Positions 25,581 through 42,068 of a stretch of DNA of 64,000 nt are shown here, in pieces. The position numbers were made by a program, and so were the translations under genes. The DNA is taken from NCBI RefSeq assembly GCF_000315625.1, contig NW_005434618.1, positions 15,447 to 79,446 of the forward strand, given 5' to 3'. The notes beneath the pieces are model-generated. The model was not told the DNA's origin and ran no database searches. It saw nothing but the letters and a program-made list of their open reading frames with translations. Each line of letters begins with the position of its first letter. The first letter of the stretch is position 1. The stretch comes from Guillardia theta CCMP2712. Its lineage: Eukaryota > Protista > Cryptophyta.

Positions 25581-27286
25581 GCACAGCCTCCGCAAGATAT
25601 CTGTGGACGAGATACAACAGATATAAACTATCACAGACCCGGGTAGACCAATTTTTTCAATTTACTCAAAGTTAAGTTAAAATTAGTACCAATTTTTGAA
25701 CTCAGTGTTCTGCACCCCCTTCGGAAGTTCCTCCGGAGTCCCGGGCCCGGCCGCTTTCAAGTTTGCCGGCCACTAGTACCCGGCGGGTGACCCTCTCCCC
25801 GTTCAACGGTTACTCCGAGGCAAAGTTACTGAGTTGAAAATCAGTACCCGGCGTACGAGGACTGAGTCAGGAGGCCCTTGACCCGCCCTGACCGTACGGT
25901 ACTTTCAGCTGGACCCGGTGCGCCCCCCGGGCCCCGGGCCCGCCGAGAGTCCGAGGCTTCAACCGTCAGTACTGTGACACTGACCGTCCGACAGTGACTC
26001 GGATGCAGTTTACTAGTGACTAGGCCGCGGACCGTCATTGAAGCCGGGCTCCCGCGGCGGCCACTGACTCACTTCGATGGGCCGCAGTGCCACCGTGACC
26101 GTACCGGGCGGAGAGTCGGTCACTTACTGGTGAGTCGGGGATGCCTCGAGTCGCCGCACGGCCACTGAAGGCGCGGCCCGGGCGCCCGGCACGGCCAGCT
26201 TTGCCAAGGCCCGGCCGGGCGCCCGGGGCGACTCGTCCCGGAGTCCGACGCCGGTCACCCGGTCACGGCCGCACAGGCCCGGCCCGGGCGGCTCGACGGC
26301 CGCGCACTGCCCAGTGGCACCTTGGTCGCTGCCGGGCCCGCCCCACTGAGACGGCGGCGCCGAGGAAAGCCGTAAGGGAAAGATATATGGCGTTGATTTG
26401 CTAGTGCTACACCGTAAAATATACGCCAACGTTGTCTGGAACACACAGCAAAGTGGCCATGGGTAACTTTGGGTTCCTTGAGAGCAAGGGTTAGATCTGA
26501 TGATTTCATAAGTGAAGCAATATGAAAAGAAAGGATAGTAGGGAGCCTAGCTGGTTTAGAGACCTTGTGAGGATCTCTACAAAGTTGGGTGCTGAATTCT
26601 AATAATTTGATATAATTTCTCTTCTAGATTTAAAATATACAGATGCCTGTCAAACTGCTTGTGGGACCAGAGTTCGGCGGCGCGAGAAATATCGTTTGGG
26701 GCTTCTCCGTTGAGTACCCACTACCCCTTCATATTAGCAAGATATGACTCAAATACCACGGGTGATTTACACACCCTACCCCTTGTTGAACCCTCGCTAG
26801 CAACCTCCAATTCCAACCCTTTGCTACCCGATTACATCACCCCACCCCCTTTTTCCTCTTATTGATGTAGTCAAAGTCACCCCTCTGTTAGTTCATCACC
26901 CCACCTTAGACCTACCCTATGAAATCAACTCTGAAGTACCGGTCAATCCTCCTCTTGCTGTCTTCCCCCACCCCTGCGGATCCTGGCTCTTCCGCGACTA
27001 TCTTGCGTTAGCCCCGTCGGTCCTCAACTTGTGCCCTGCCTCCTCCGCATCCCTGCTTGAGCACCTCCTCTTGACGGGGGTTTCAAACCTCCTTCTCCCT
27101 CTTCGTCCAGGATCGGATCACAGGTAAGCTTGACCTCTGTTTGGCATCTGCAGTCCTATTTCTGCTGTTGTCATACTTGTATCCTTGCTTTAGCCGTTTC
27201 AATGCGATCTCGGCACAATCATGGCACTGATGTTTATTATCCTAGGCAGATTACCATCAATCTCTCGAGTTTTCCTCAAGTACAAC

Positions 27287-27703
27287 ATGGGTGTGAAATG
27301 GGTTGTCGCTATGTGCGCAGTCCTGGCATGGATCCCCGTGTCTCAGGGCTTCACAAACGGTGCTATCAGGTTCGGCACAAGTTTGGATACAGCAGGGAGA
27401 CGTGGAAGCTGTGCCGTGCAGCGTTCTCCCATGCCGCTGAGAATGGCGGAGAATGATCCCCTCGTTGGCGATTTCAAGGTTGGAGACAAGGTCAAGCTCG
27501 TGAACGACCTCACGGTCTACCACGTCCTTGCACAGCAGTATCCGGACGGATACGTCGTTGCCAAGGGGACAGAGGGAGAGGTGAAGGCAATCGTGACGGA
27601 GAAGTACAAGCAGTCGACCGCAAACCGCCCGATCCAAGTTGCGTTCAAAGAACCCAAACCGTTTGTTATCCACTTTGAAGCGGATGAAATTACGAAAGCT
27701 TGA
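27287..27703 (+). CDS. ftrV: Ferredoxin-thioredoxin reductase variable (alpha) subunit, plastid-targeted
   Basis: Signal peptide ..SQG-F plus transit peptide; FKVGDKVKL..VYH..GTEGEVKAIV..STANRPIQVAF..HFEADEI matches the FeThRed_A pattern. Confidence 0.8.
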   Translation: MGVKWVVAMCAVLAWIPVSQGFTNGAIRFGTSLDTAGRRGSCAVQRSPMPLRMAENDPLVGDFKVGDKVKLVNDLTVYHVLAQQYPDGYVVAKGTEGEVKAIVTEKYKQSTANRPIQVAFKEPKPFVIHFEADEITKA

Positions 27704-28442
27704 ATGGCACGGGAAATTCAACTTTGTCCTGACGTCTTGTTATTGATTGCTGCTTCAAATACATCTCTCCTCCTCCTTCATGCCGTGATCCCTTGTTCCG
27801 GATAGAATCTGCTCGCTTGGGTGTTCCCATCCTTCCGTTCTCGCGTTGTTGTTTCATCGTGATCACAGTGCCGGCATGCTTATCTCTTCACAGCATCCTC
27901 TCAGCTACCAACAAGATGCTCTTGTGACCCCTGGCCGCCGTGGCCCTGGTCAGTGACGAAACTTGAAGTTCCTCTCAGTGATCGGCACCTCAGAGGAGTC
28001 CTGCGTGCCGCTGAGTGCAGTTTTAAGTGAAGACAACAGTCGGCAGCCGGGATGAGGGTTGGTTCTCACTGTCTTTTCTCTTCTCGCTGTTTGGCATGTG
28101 CGACAGTCACTGATGCCGGGCACAGCCCGAAGCCTGCCGCTCCGAACCTCAGGGGCCTGATTTTTTAACGGAAGTTAAGCATGGTAACAAGTTTGAGCGG
28201 TGTCCGTACCGTAGTACTACGGTGGGGGGGCCGAATGCCATCCCGGCCGGGCCCGCCTGTCCGGCGGCCCCACCGTGACTGCCACGGTGGCAGTGACTCC
28301 GGGCCGCCCGGCCCGGCCCCCGCCGCCGCCCGCCGCGCGAGACGCCGCCGTGACCGTATATGATTCCGGGGAAACTCATTTATAGCGTTTATTACTATGA
28401 TTCATGGTTCTATGAGGGAGGAGAGGGGAAGGACGTGAGAAG

Positions 28443-30197
28443 ATGGCGAGTGGGTGAGGAGGAAGGATTTGACTCGGGAAAGAGATCGAGAGATTGAGAG
28501 AAGGTGAAAGGGAAATCACGACCACGGCTCTGCTTGTAATGTACACCCAATATCACTGTCACCGACAGCAAAGAAGAGAAGGTTGAGGGAGCAGATCTGA
28601 GTTAACCTTCAGAGTCAGCAGCCAGCACTTTGACATTCCTTTGACATTCCTTCTTCCAGTTGATGGAAGACCATTCACGTCATGTCCCTGCTGGACAAAT
28701 CGCGTCGGCTCCAGCATGCTGGCGACCATTCGAAGAAGCCAGGGCACATGTCCGCTCCTTCAAGATCCAAGACCAGAAGGCCTGGCGAGCATGGAGCAAG
28801 AGCGGCAGGTAGCATGCCTGCTGCCTCCTGCTCCTTCCCTCACTGCTGCTGCTCCAGAAGGCCTCACGACATCCCATCGCATCCTGATGATGCGTACGCG
28901 GACAGCGGGTGAGGCATGGAGGGACGAGAGAAGAGGAGGCGGAGGAAGGAGAGGGGAGGGGGCACAGGGAGGGGGCACAGGGAGGGGGTGAGGGAGGGAG
29001 AGGAGCAGAGAGGGGGGTAGCAGAGACACTGAGAGTGGAAGCAGGTGGATATCATGGCGAGATTGGTTGGGAACATCCGATGGGTTGAGACCTCCTCCCC
29101 CCTCCTCCCTCCTACTCTACTGTCTCTTCCTTCTTCACCCCCTCTCCCTCTCCATCCCCTCTCCCTTTGACCCTCTCGTCCTTCTCAGTCATCAGCACAT
29201 CCTCTCCCCGTTCCATCGCTCCTGTATCCCTTCTCCTCCACCCCCTGACCTTTCACAGGAGACCTCCGAGGTCCACCAAGAGCAAGTGGAAGCGGTTTGA
29301 AGAAGGTAGCAAAGCGAAGACGAGGAGGAGGGAGGCTGACACAAGTAACAGCTCGTTCCTTCGTTCACTCGTTGGGTTTGGAAAACCAGAGGGAGTGGAG
29401 GAGGTGAGGAAAATTGATCCTCCCGCTTCCTCCTCCTCCTCCTCCTCCTCCTCCTCCTCCTCCTCCTCCTCCTCCTCCTCCTTTTCTTCCTCCTCCTTCT
29501 GCTTGTCCTCCTCCTCCTTCTTTTCTTCCTCCTCCTCCGCCTCCTCCACTTTCCTTCCCCTTCTTCCCTCCCAGCCGGATGAAGAGGTGGAGAGTCAAAG
29601 CAAGAACGGGAAGGGAGAGGGGAAAGTGCTGAGAGCTCTGTAGGATGAAGAGGAAGGGAGAGGGACAGAGGACAGGGAGAAGAGGAGAGAGACGGGAGAC
29701 GGGAGGAGGCAACAGTCATTCTCACGCAGGTGGAGTTGTGCTGACAGACCGGAGGACATCCCGTCGCATCCTCACTTGGCGGTGAGAGCACGCGCATGTC
29801 CTGACCTCCTCTTACTCTGCAACGACAGTACAAGCATGCGGGATGGCTGTCATGGCGCGACTGGCTGGGGACAGCGGAGGGAATGGTGCGAAGAGGAGAA
29901 GGAGGAGGAGGAGGAGGAGGAGGAGGAGGAGGAAGAGGAGGAGTGACTCGAATGCAGCCACCGAAGAAGAGCAGGAGCGTGACAGGGAAGAGGCAGAGAG
30001 TTGCAGGAGGTCCAGCGGAAGAAGGAGGAGATAGAAAGCAGGAGGACGGGGAGGATGGGGAAGAGGAGGACTGTGATCTGCTGGGAGTGGTGGATCGCTA
30101 CTTTGCTAAGTTCCTTCCTGGTGAGCATGTGGTGGAGGGGAGGAGGAACGTGCTGACGTACAAGGCAGAGGGAGAAAGCGAGCATGCGGGGCTGTGA
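28443..30197 (+). CDS. Protein with two 'integrase repeat'-like units (INT_rpt-like), reconstructed from short exons
   Basis: Exons 28660-28808, 28858-28908, 29045-29083, 29259-29305, 29352-29403, 29730-29781 and 29829-30197 join in frame at GT-AG sites, giving WRPFEEARAHVRSFKIQDQKAWRAWSKSGRRPHDIPSHPDDAYADSGWISWRDWLGT and WKRFEEARSFVHSLGLENQREWRRWSCADRPEDIPSHPHLAYKHAGWLSWRDWLGT. Start uncertain (28443 or 28663). Confidence 0.8.
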
Positions 30198-30290
30198 GGA
30201 AGGGGATAGGAAGAGCGGGAAAGGACGACGATGGAGGAGGAGAAGGAGGAGGGGGAGGAAGGGGGAGGAGGAGGAGGAACAGGGGGATTT

Positions 30291-33935
<3,645 letters not shown>

Positions 33936-34851
33936 CTTCTGGTCCACTGTGACGAGACCTGCAGAGAAAACATGAGCGGAGTCACGCGGCATGTTGGTGA
34001 TCGGAAGACATGTTGGTGTTTAGAGCGTCTCGTCAAGAACGTATCATGAGTGCATTTTGAGATCTCAGTGCATATCAACACTGATATGAAAGCAACAGAA
34101 TGCCTCTCATCTCCTCTTCTATCTCATCCTGCTGCATCATCCCAGAGTCATCCCCAGAGTCACGGGACAGGTGCAGGTTTGTCCTACGGCCGAATCCCTC
34201 ATCTATTCCACGAGGACACTCCTCTATGCAACCTCTCAACCTTCACGACAACTTTCATCTTTCTCGTCGTGAATCATGTGTCAGACTTCACTCGTGCTCA
34301 CAACCCCATCAATCTCCCTCTCTCACTCATTCACTTCCCACCGAGCGACCATCCTTGCTTGACTTTGATTTACATCCAGTTCAGCAGCAAACCTTTCCTA
34401 TCCGTTTCATGTCTTCCTTCTCCTCCTCATCGTTCCTGCCTTTGCTTCTCTTCCTTCCTCCTCTCCTTCTCTCTCCTTCTCCCTCTCCCTCCACTCTCTC
34501 CGTTCACTACCCATCTCCAGGCGGCCTAAGGGAGACATTGGAATTATGATTACCGGGTACTTTTCCTGGTTTGAAGGGGGTAGTAGCTCCAAGGGGGTGG
34601 TGGATATAAATGTCACCCTAGGTTCCCTGGGTTGGGTACTAGACTTCAGGGGGTAGTACAAGGGAAAAGGTGGGGTAGGGGTGTAAAATTCTTTTTTCGA
34701 GTAGGGTGGGTATTCTGTAATTGTAGGTAGGGTCATGTTGAACGGGGGGGTTCAATGTCTCCCTGTGTCAGTCGAAAGACGGGTGGGTGGTGGTTGGGAG
34801 GGGGTAGGGGGTGTGGGTGTGACCCAAACTTTTCTCGTACTACAAGATCTG

Positions 34852-34948
34852 TCACTCATCCCCCTCATTTCTCACTCATCCCCCTCATTTCTCACTCATC
34901 CCCCTCATTTCTCACTCATCCCCTCATTTCTCACTCATCCCCCTCATT
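34852..34948. repeat. 20-bp minisatellite (TCACTCATCCCCCTCATTTC) x~5
   Basis: Directly visible, in the divergent intergenic region between ABC1K and BT1. Confidence 0.9.
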
Positions 34949-35173
34949 CGCATCTTGGCATCTCCCCTCATCCCCACACCATACCTTCCCGATGAGTCAT
35001 TGCACCATGGAGGGCGGGCTTGGATTTGTAAGTGGGTAGGGTAGTGAAAATACCTGGGTGGGGGTATTGTGACTACCATCTTTATACTTGAAAAAATAGG
35101 GGTATTTGCCAATTTTGAATGGTGGGGTTTAAAAGCTGGGGTAGGGGGTGGGTTATCGATTCGCCGGTTTTAG

Positions 35174-37980
35174 ATGGCGGATCCGAGTGATTATGACGCC
35201 CTCGATGGTGAGGAGGAGGAGGAGGAGGGGAGAAGATGAGGATGAAGACATTCAATCTCATGATCTTTGATGATGATACTTTTATCTACGATCGTCGTTC
35301 TGATCTTTTGTTGGTTTCTGCATTAAATTCTTGCATCTTGTTCGCGATAGGTTGCGACTGAACGTTGATGTGAAGTCGCGATCAAACAGCTGCACTTGAT
35401 CATCTCGTGGATGATTTGTCATTTCTTTATGTGAAACGAATTGCTAAGAAGTATTCGTGCTGATGCTGTTGTTGTTGTGAACTTGATCGTGATCAGACTC
35501 GTGATCACGATCATCACGGGTGGGATGATGCTTCGTAGGAGATAGGGAGGAAGAGGCAGATGCCTCGTGCTGTTGAGCTGACTCAGACCTCTCGCAGATG
35601 ACAACAACCAGTACAAGTTGCCTGAGAACCCGACGATAACAGACTACGTTCTACACCCTTACAGGTAGTCCGACCCCTGATCAGGAGCTGTTTGACTCGG
35701 GTATGGCAGGGGGTTGAAGAGTTTCAAAGACACTCTGCTGCACAATTTCGGATGGAAATTCACCACACAGATCGGCGTCATGTACCTGTTCGTCAAAGGT
35801 CTCCTCAACTCCATCATGGGCCTAATCAAGCTCTCCTACTGCAAGAAGTCCCTCCAGATCGATGGGAACCAGTGCCAGACGATGGTGAGAAGCACGGGCA
35901 CGAGCATGAGCACGATCATGACGAGCAGTAACATAAGAAGGAGGAGGAGGAGGAGGAGGAGGAGGAGGAGGAGACGGGAGGAGGGAGGAGGGAAGGAGGA
36001 GTGTTAGTGGTAGGTTTGACAGTGCAGTGTCGGTGATGATCTTGTAGGATGCAGGAAGGACCAGGGAGAGGGAAGGAGAAGGAGGGAGAGGGAAGGAAGA
36101 GGATGGTGATGGGGGGGCATGAGAGGAGTAGGACGAAGGAGAACGGGGATCAGGAGGAGGGGCTGGTAGACTGACTGGGCTGGTAGATGTCCATAGCCAT
36201 GACACCCTGGGCGATCAAGGGAGCTATGGGGGTGGTCTCGGACGCTTACCCTCTGCTCGGCTATCACAAGAAGAGCTACATCATCGCCTCCGCGTTCCTG
36301 GGCACCTTCGCATTCTTCATGCTCGCGTCGACCCCTATCCACGTGGCCTGGCTGGCAGCGATCTTTCTGTTCCTTGCCAACTTCCAGATCGCCACCTGCG
36401 ACCTCCTGTGCGAGGGCAAGTACGCTGAGAGGATGCAGGCGAAGCCCAAGACCGGGTCGACGATGGTGTCGTTCGTGTGGGGATGCTTCCAGCTCGGGAG
36501 CTTCATCGCCTCCGTCTTCGTGGGCCCGATCGCCGACAACTATGACCCTCAGATCATCTTCTGGGTTTGCATCCCCCTTGCCGCCAGCATCCTTATCCCC
36601 ACAGTCATGGACTACCTCGGGGACGAGAAGGTGGAGGAGGAGAAGCGGGGGATCGACTGGTCGCTGCTCAAGGAGCACACGTACATGATCCTCTTCTGCC
36701 TGATCATGGCGGCGGTGGCCATGGGCAATGCCATCATCGACCTCCTCCTCTTCCAGTACCACCAGGTGCAGGCTCTGTACGCCGTCGTCTGCTCCGTCAT
36801 CCTCTGTATCCTCGCGTTCCGATGGCTCCCCCCGCAGCTGGCAAGGTGCAACCTGTACATGTTCATCTCGTGCGTGCTCTATATCAACATCAGCGGTGCC
36901 CAAGACTTCTGGTTCACCGCTGATGACAAGTGCGTCCCCGGAGGCCCGGCGTTCGACTACACCTACTACAACACGTACGCGTCTCTGGTGGGGTCAGTGA
37001 CTGGATGGATTGGCATCGTTCTCTTCCAGGCGACCATGAGCGACTGGAACTTCCGCACGCTCTTCTGGGTGACGACGCTGATCCAGATCGTAGCTGCCAG
37101 CTTCGACATGCTCATCATAGCGCGAGTGAACATCGCGTGGGGTATCAGCGACAAGGCCTTCTACATGTTCGGCGATGCCGTGATCGGCAACGTCGTCGGC
37201 ATGTTCGGCCTCATGCCGATGCTCGTCCTGACCTCGAAGCTCGTGCCCAAGGGCCTGGAGGCCACCACGTACGCCCTCCTAGCCGGCTTCCAGAACTTCG
37301 GGGGTGTCGTGTCGAGCCAGATCGGAGTGTACGCGACGCAGGCGGCAGGGATCAAGACCAAGGACCCGTGCGACTTCGAGAACCTGAACATGCTCGTGCT
37401 CGTGTGCCACTGCTTGCTGCCACTCATCGCCATCCCCCTCACCTTCCTCCTCATCCCGAACAAGGTCAGTGAAGGGGAGCTGAGGGGAGGAGGGGAGGGG
37501 GGGAGGAGGGGAGGAGGAAGCAGTGGCACACGAGCACGAGCATGTTCAGGTTCTCGAAGTCGCACGGGTCCTTGGTCTTGATCCCTGCCGCCTGCGGGGA
37601 GTAGCAGCACCAGCACCAGCAGGAGCAGGAGAAGAGAAGGAGAAGGAGAAGGAGAAGGAGAAGGAGAAGGGGAAGGGTGTCTGATGAATTTTGTTTCGCA
37701 GAGAATGACGGACAAGCTTATCGACGACGAGGGAAGAGAAATCGAAGACGATCAGGTACACTTGTTCGCAAACCGTCTCCCGCCTGCTTTCTTCCTCGTA
37801 CTCTCCTCCGTCCACCGTGACCCTTGTTCATCCTCATCCCCCTCTTTCTCCCTCCTCATCCTACTGTTTCCACTTCTCCTCCTCCTCCTCCTCCTGCTCC
37901 TCTCCCTCCTCCTCCCTCCTCCTCCTCACCCTGTAGCAGGAGGACTCGCTGCTACAGAACCCAGCGAGGAGCTGAAGGTG
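35174..37980 (+). CDS. Folate/biopterin transporter (BT1/FBT family, MFS); multi-exon
   Basis: Exon 1 MADPSDYDALD (35174-35207) splices in frame to 35598. Main exon has TPWAIKGAMGVVSDAYPLLGYHKKSY, DLLCEGKYAE, SKLVPKGLEATTYALLAGFQNFG. Exact 3' end uncertain. Confidence 0.88.
37337..37596. repeat. Perfect 79-bp inverted repeat: exon 37337-37415 vs intron 37518-37596
   Basis: Base-by-base reverse-complement match read by eye. Confidence 0.95.
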
Positions 37981-38174
37981 AGGCCGACGGCCGACGTGTA
38001 TCATAGGTTATTCATCCTCGACTCATCACTCAATTAAATCAAGACAACGAATTCAGCATGACATGATTTATCAAACTCCTCCTCCTCCTCCTCCTCCTCC
38101 TCCTCCTCCTCCTCTCCCTCCTTCTCTTCTTCCTCCTCCCTTATACCTCTCCCCCAACTCCCTCTTACACCCAC

Positions 38175-41100
38175 CTACTTCACTCCGATGATCTTCTTCG
38201 CTACGTCCACGTCGCTCATCCCCTTCCTCGACTCCTCGATCACCGCCATGCTGATCTCGCTGTATCCCATCTTCCTCGCGTGCTCTTCCGCCTGCTTCTT
38301 CGCCGGCCCCCGCACGAAGAACGGCGCTCTCTCCAGCTCCTTCCGGGCTTCCTCCGTCCACCTCGGCTCTCTGCCCAGCTGGTGAGCCACCCCTCCACCC
38401 CCTCCATCCCTCGCATCACTCACTTGGGTACGGCTGCTCCGTCCCCCGGCAGCGCCGCCACTGCCAGCGGCGTCATCTGCTCCTGGGCTCCAGCTGGGGT
38501 CGGGGCTGCTGCCAGCCGGTCAGCCGCAAAGTCGTTGAGGGCCGCGTCGAGGCTGTCGAGGGCCGAGACGCAGCTGGAGACAAACTGGGAGGATACTGGG
38601 GAGAACCTGCCGCCATGCAGCGCGACTCGCTCCTCGAGCCGGCAGGCCGTGCGCTGGAGCAGGATGGAGGACAGGCGGGTCGCGACTGACAGCATGCCGG
38701 GCTGCAGCCTCTGCACCCGCTCAACCACCTCCCTCAGCTCCTCCGCACTCTGCGGGAGCCTCGGCCCCCCGGCACCCAGCAGAGAGCTGAGCTGGGGGAG
38801 CTGAGGGGCAGGTGGGACGTCGGCAAGATCGTCGGCGTCGGGGGAGGAGGGCCGAGGGGAAGAGAAGGACTGCAGGAAGTTCCAGAGCTTCGCCGCCGTC
38901 TGCAGAGACGCCTCGTCCTCCTCGTCCGCCGAGATCAGCTCGATGGCGTCGAGGGTGAGCTCGGCGGGGAGGAAGACTGGGCGGACGAGGTTCTGGAGAG
39001 GAGCTGGGAGCTGCTGGGCAAGGGCCTTCTGCTGCTTCAGTGCCTCCACCGCCGCGCTCCCGATCGGGTTCAGCGTCGCCTGCTTGAGCAAGCTCCTGCC
39101 TCCCGCGTCCACGATCGCTGCCAGCTCCTCCAGCAGCACCTGCTGCACGAAGTTGCCCTGCGGGGAGAGGAGGAGCTCTATGACCTGGTCGGTGGCCCGG
39201 TCGAGCCCAGCTGACTTCTCAACTGAGCTCGTGCTGGCGGTGTAGCTCTGGAAGCCCGAGGAGAGCTCCTTGAGGCGGGCCACGTTGAGCGCTCCTGCTC
39301 CCTCCTGCCCCGCCTGAGCCCCGTAGAGCATCTGCCGCAGGGCCTCCTGGGCCCGGGGGGAGCTGTCGGAGAAGAGCCTCTTGGCGAGGTAGGGGTAGCA
39401 CTCCTGCGCGATGGAGTAGTCCTCGTCCTGCTGCAGGCCGATACCCTCGAGGACGGAGAAGGTTCGGAGGATGTAGGCCATCCAAGGGGGGATCTGGAAG
39501 TAGTTATTGTCGTCCTCCTGCAGCTGCTCCATCTTCCTTGCCACGTCCCCCACGTTCACTCGCTCCTCCGTCACCAGCCCCTGCTCGTTCATCTCCTTGA
39601 ACTTGGCCCGCATCCTCTCCCTGATCTCCTCCCTCGGCAGGTCCCCGAACTCCTCCCTGATCTGCTTGATCATCCTCTCCTGCACCTTCTTGGGCCCTCC
39701 CCCCATCGCCAGCTGCCGCAAGATCACCGAGAGCGCCTCCACCACCCCAGCTCGCTGGATCAGCGCCTCCTTCCCGGCAGGAACGAACCCGAGCTTGATC
39801 AGGTCGCGAGGGATCTGCTTGTAGTCCTCGGACATGAGGTGGGCGATGTACTCGATCAACGCGTACTGCAGGTCCTTCTCGACCTCGATGCACATCCCAA
39901 AGTCGAGGATGCAGAGCTTCCCGTCCTCCGTCCTCAGCAGGTTCCCAGGGTGCGGGTCGCAGTGCAGCAGCCCGGTGTCCAGCAGCATCGTCAGGTACGC
40001 GTTCAGCGCCACCCCGCAAAGTCTTCCCACGTCGTCCTCAGAGCTCTTCTCCAGCCTCTCCCCGACCACCCAGCGAGTCGTCAGGACCCGCTCAGTCGAC
40101 AGATCCTCCACAACTTCAGCCGTTGTCACTGCGTCGAGGCCCCGGGCCCTCATGGCGGCGAGGAAGCGCTGAGAGTTGACGGCCTCTCGCTCGTAGTCGA
40201 GCTCGTTGACAAAGCCAGCACCCCTGCCGCAGCGTCACGGGGAGGAAGGAGGGGAGGGGATGGAGGATGCGATACACGACTTGTTTGTGGTAGTGGAGCA
40301 GGAGCAGGAGCAGGGGCAGGAGCAGGGGCAGGGGCAGGGGCAGGGGCAGGGGCAGGGGCAGAAGCAGGGGCAGGGGCAGGAGCAGGGGCAGGAGCAGGGG
40401 CAGGGGCAGGGGCAGGAACAGCAGGAGCAGGAGCAGGAGCCTAACAATATGAAAGAGTAGGACGAGGTGGTGGAGCAGTGGAGTGAGACGGGAGATGCAA
40501 GGGGAGTTGGGGATGAGGGAGGGGCAGGGACAAGACGGGAGGGTCGTCACCATTCATCGATGAGGCCGACGAGGTCGCTGTTGAGCTTGAAGAACTTCTT
40601 CCAGAGGGGGGCGATGGTCCTGCAGACGTAGAGGTCGAGCGCGATGTCCTTGATGACGTCAGGGCGCTGGACTTTGATCGCAACCTCCTGCCCGTCCATG
40701 AGCTCCCCCTTGTACACCTGCCCGATGGAGGCGGCGGCGACGGGGGCGCTGGAGACGGTGCGGAAGATGCCCTTCAGGCTCTTGCCTCCTGTGGAACTGC
40801 GGAGTTCCTCCTCTATGATCTCCATGGCGATGTGATTGGGGAAGGGCTTCACTCGGTCCTGTAGCTCGCTCAGCTCCTTCACGTAGGGAGCAGGGAGGAT
40901 GTCGCCGCGGATGGAGAGAGCCTGGAAGGTGTCAGGAGGAAACAACAGGCAAGGTAGAGGAGGGTGAGGACGGCGATACATGGGACAGGGGTACCAGGAG
41001 CGGGAGCGGGAGCAGGAGGGAGGAGGGAGGAGGGAGGAGGGGGCATACCTGTCCAATCTTGATAGCTGTGGTGCCCAAGCGCTGGGTCAGGCCCAGGAGC

Positions 41101-42068
41101 TGCTTGGCTCTCATCGGCATGTTCTTCTCCCACTTGTTTCCTCGTCCTCCGATCCCCCCATACTCGTACCGATCTCTCAACAACCCGATCCCCCATCCTC
41201 CCAGGATATAGGCCAGCTGCACTGCCCTCCCGTACTTGAGAACCCAACGCTTGTTGAAGTACCTGTCTGCTGCCGCAGGGTCGTACGTCTTGCCGGGGTA
41301 AGGAAGCTCCTCCTCTCTCCTCACCACGGAGGAGAAGGAGACAACAGAGGCGAACCAGAGGCCAAGGGCCTTGGCGTTGAAGGGATAGCCGTTGAACAAA
41401 TCGTTGTCACTGTCCCTCGAAACCTCGTGGATAGCAGCGGCAAGCTTGCTGTACAGGATGGACACAAAGGAGGACAGCTCCTGCTCTGCCAGCTGCACGG
41501 GCTTCGGGAGAGCAGCGTTGAGCTCTCTCAGGGCCTTGAGGAGCTGGTCCGCCTTCACCTCCGCCATGAGCTTCTGCAAATTGCTCTCTATCCCCTTGAG
41601 GGGAACCTGAACGCCGCCGACGTACTTGGAGGAGGAGGCCTTCGCTGCGGACAGCAGGGCCTCCATCTGCTTCAGCACTTGTGCTCCAGCATGGATCACC
41701 TGGTCCTTCACTCCCTGCACGCCAGCGGGTCCCGCAGAGGCAGTCGCGTCTGCGAGCAAGTTGCTGGCGTGCTGGTCGCCAAGATGACGTTGCGCAGGCT
41801 CAACGCTCTCTTGGAGCAGCGACAGTCCGTTCATCACCTCGTGAAACCCGTCCATGGCCATCAAGCTCAAAGGCCCGACGCCGGGAGCAGCAGAAGGAAC
41901 CTGGCCGACTCTCCCCTTTCTCTCCAACTTGGTTCTCAGCCCCAAGGTAAACCTGTGATGCGTGCGAGCTGAGAATTGTGCGGCAAGCGGGGATGATGTG
42001 AAGCAGAAAGCTTCGTTCAGACATGCGAGCAGGAGGGCGAGGGCGCATACTCTGCTCGCGCATAGCAT
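38175..42068 (-). CDS. ABC1/UbiB-family atypical kinase with C-terminal PCP_red (ChlB C-terminal-like) domain, plastid-targeted; multi-exon
   Basis: Signal ..NEA-F; LGTTAIKIGQ|ALSIRGDILP..ELSELQDRV; AAASIGQVY..VAIKVQRP; LLHCDPHPGN; ILDFGM. Intron 38371-38423 joins in frame to KEPRWTEEARKELERAPFFVRGPAKKQAEEHARKMGYSEIS. Confidence 0.85.

Noticed and set aside
34852-34948. Telomere-like repeat
   Set aside because: Internal 20-bp unit in few copies; not a recognisable telomeric motif.
36004-36903. 299-aa minus-strand ORF, and similar long antisense ORFs over the ABC1K, cyclase and GT genes
   Set aside because: Antisense shadows caused by high GC3; no recognisable motifs.
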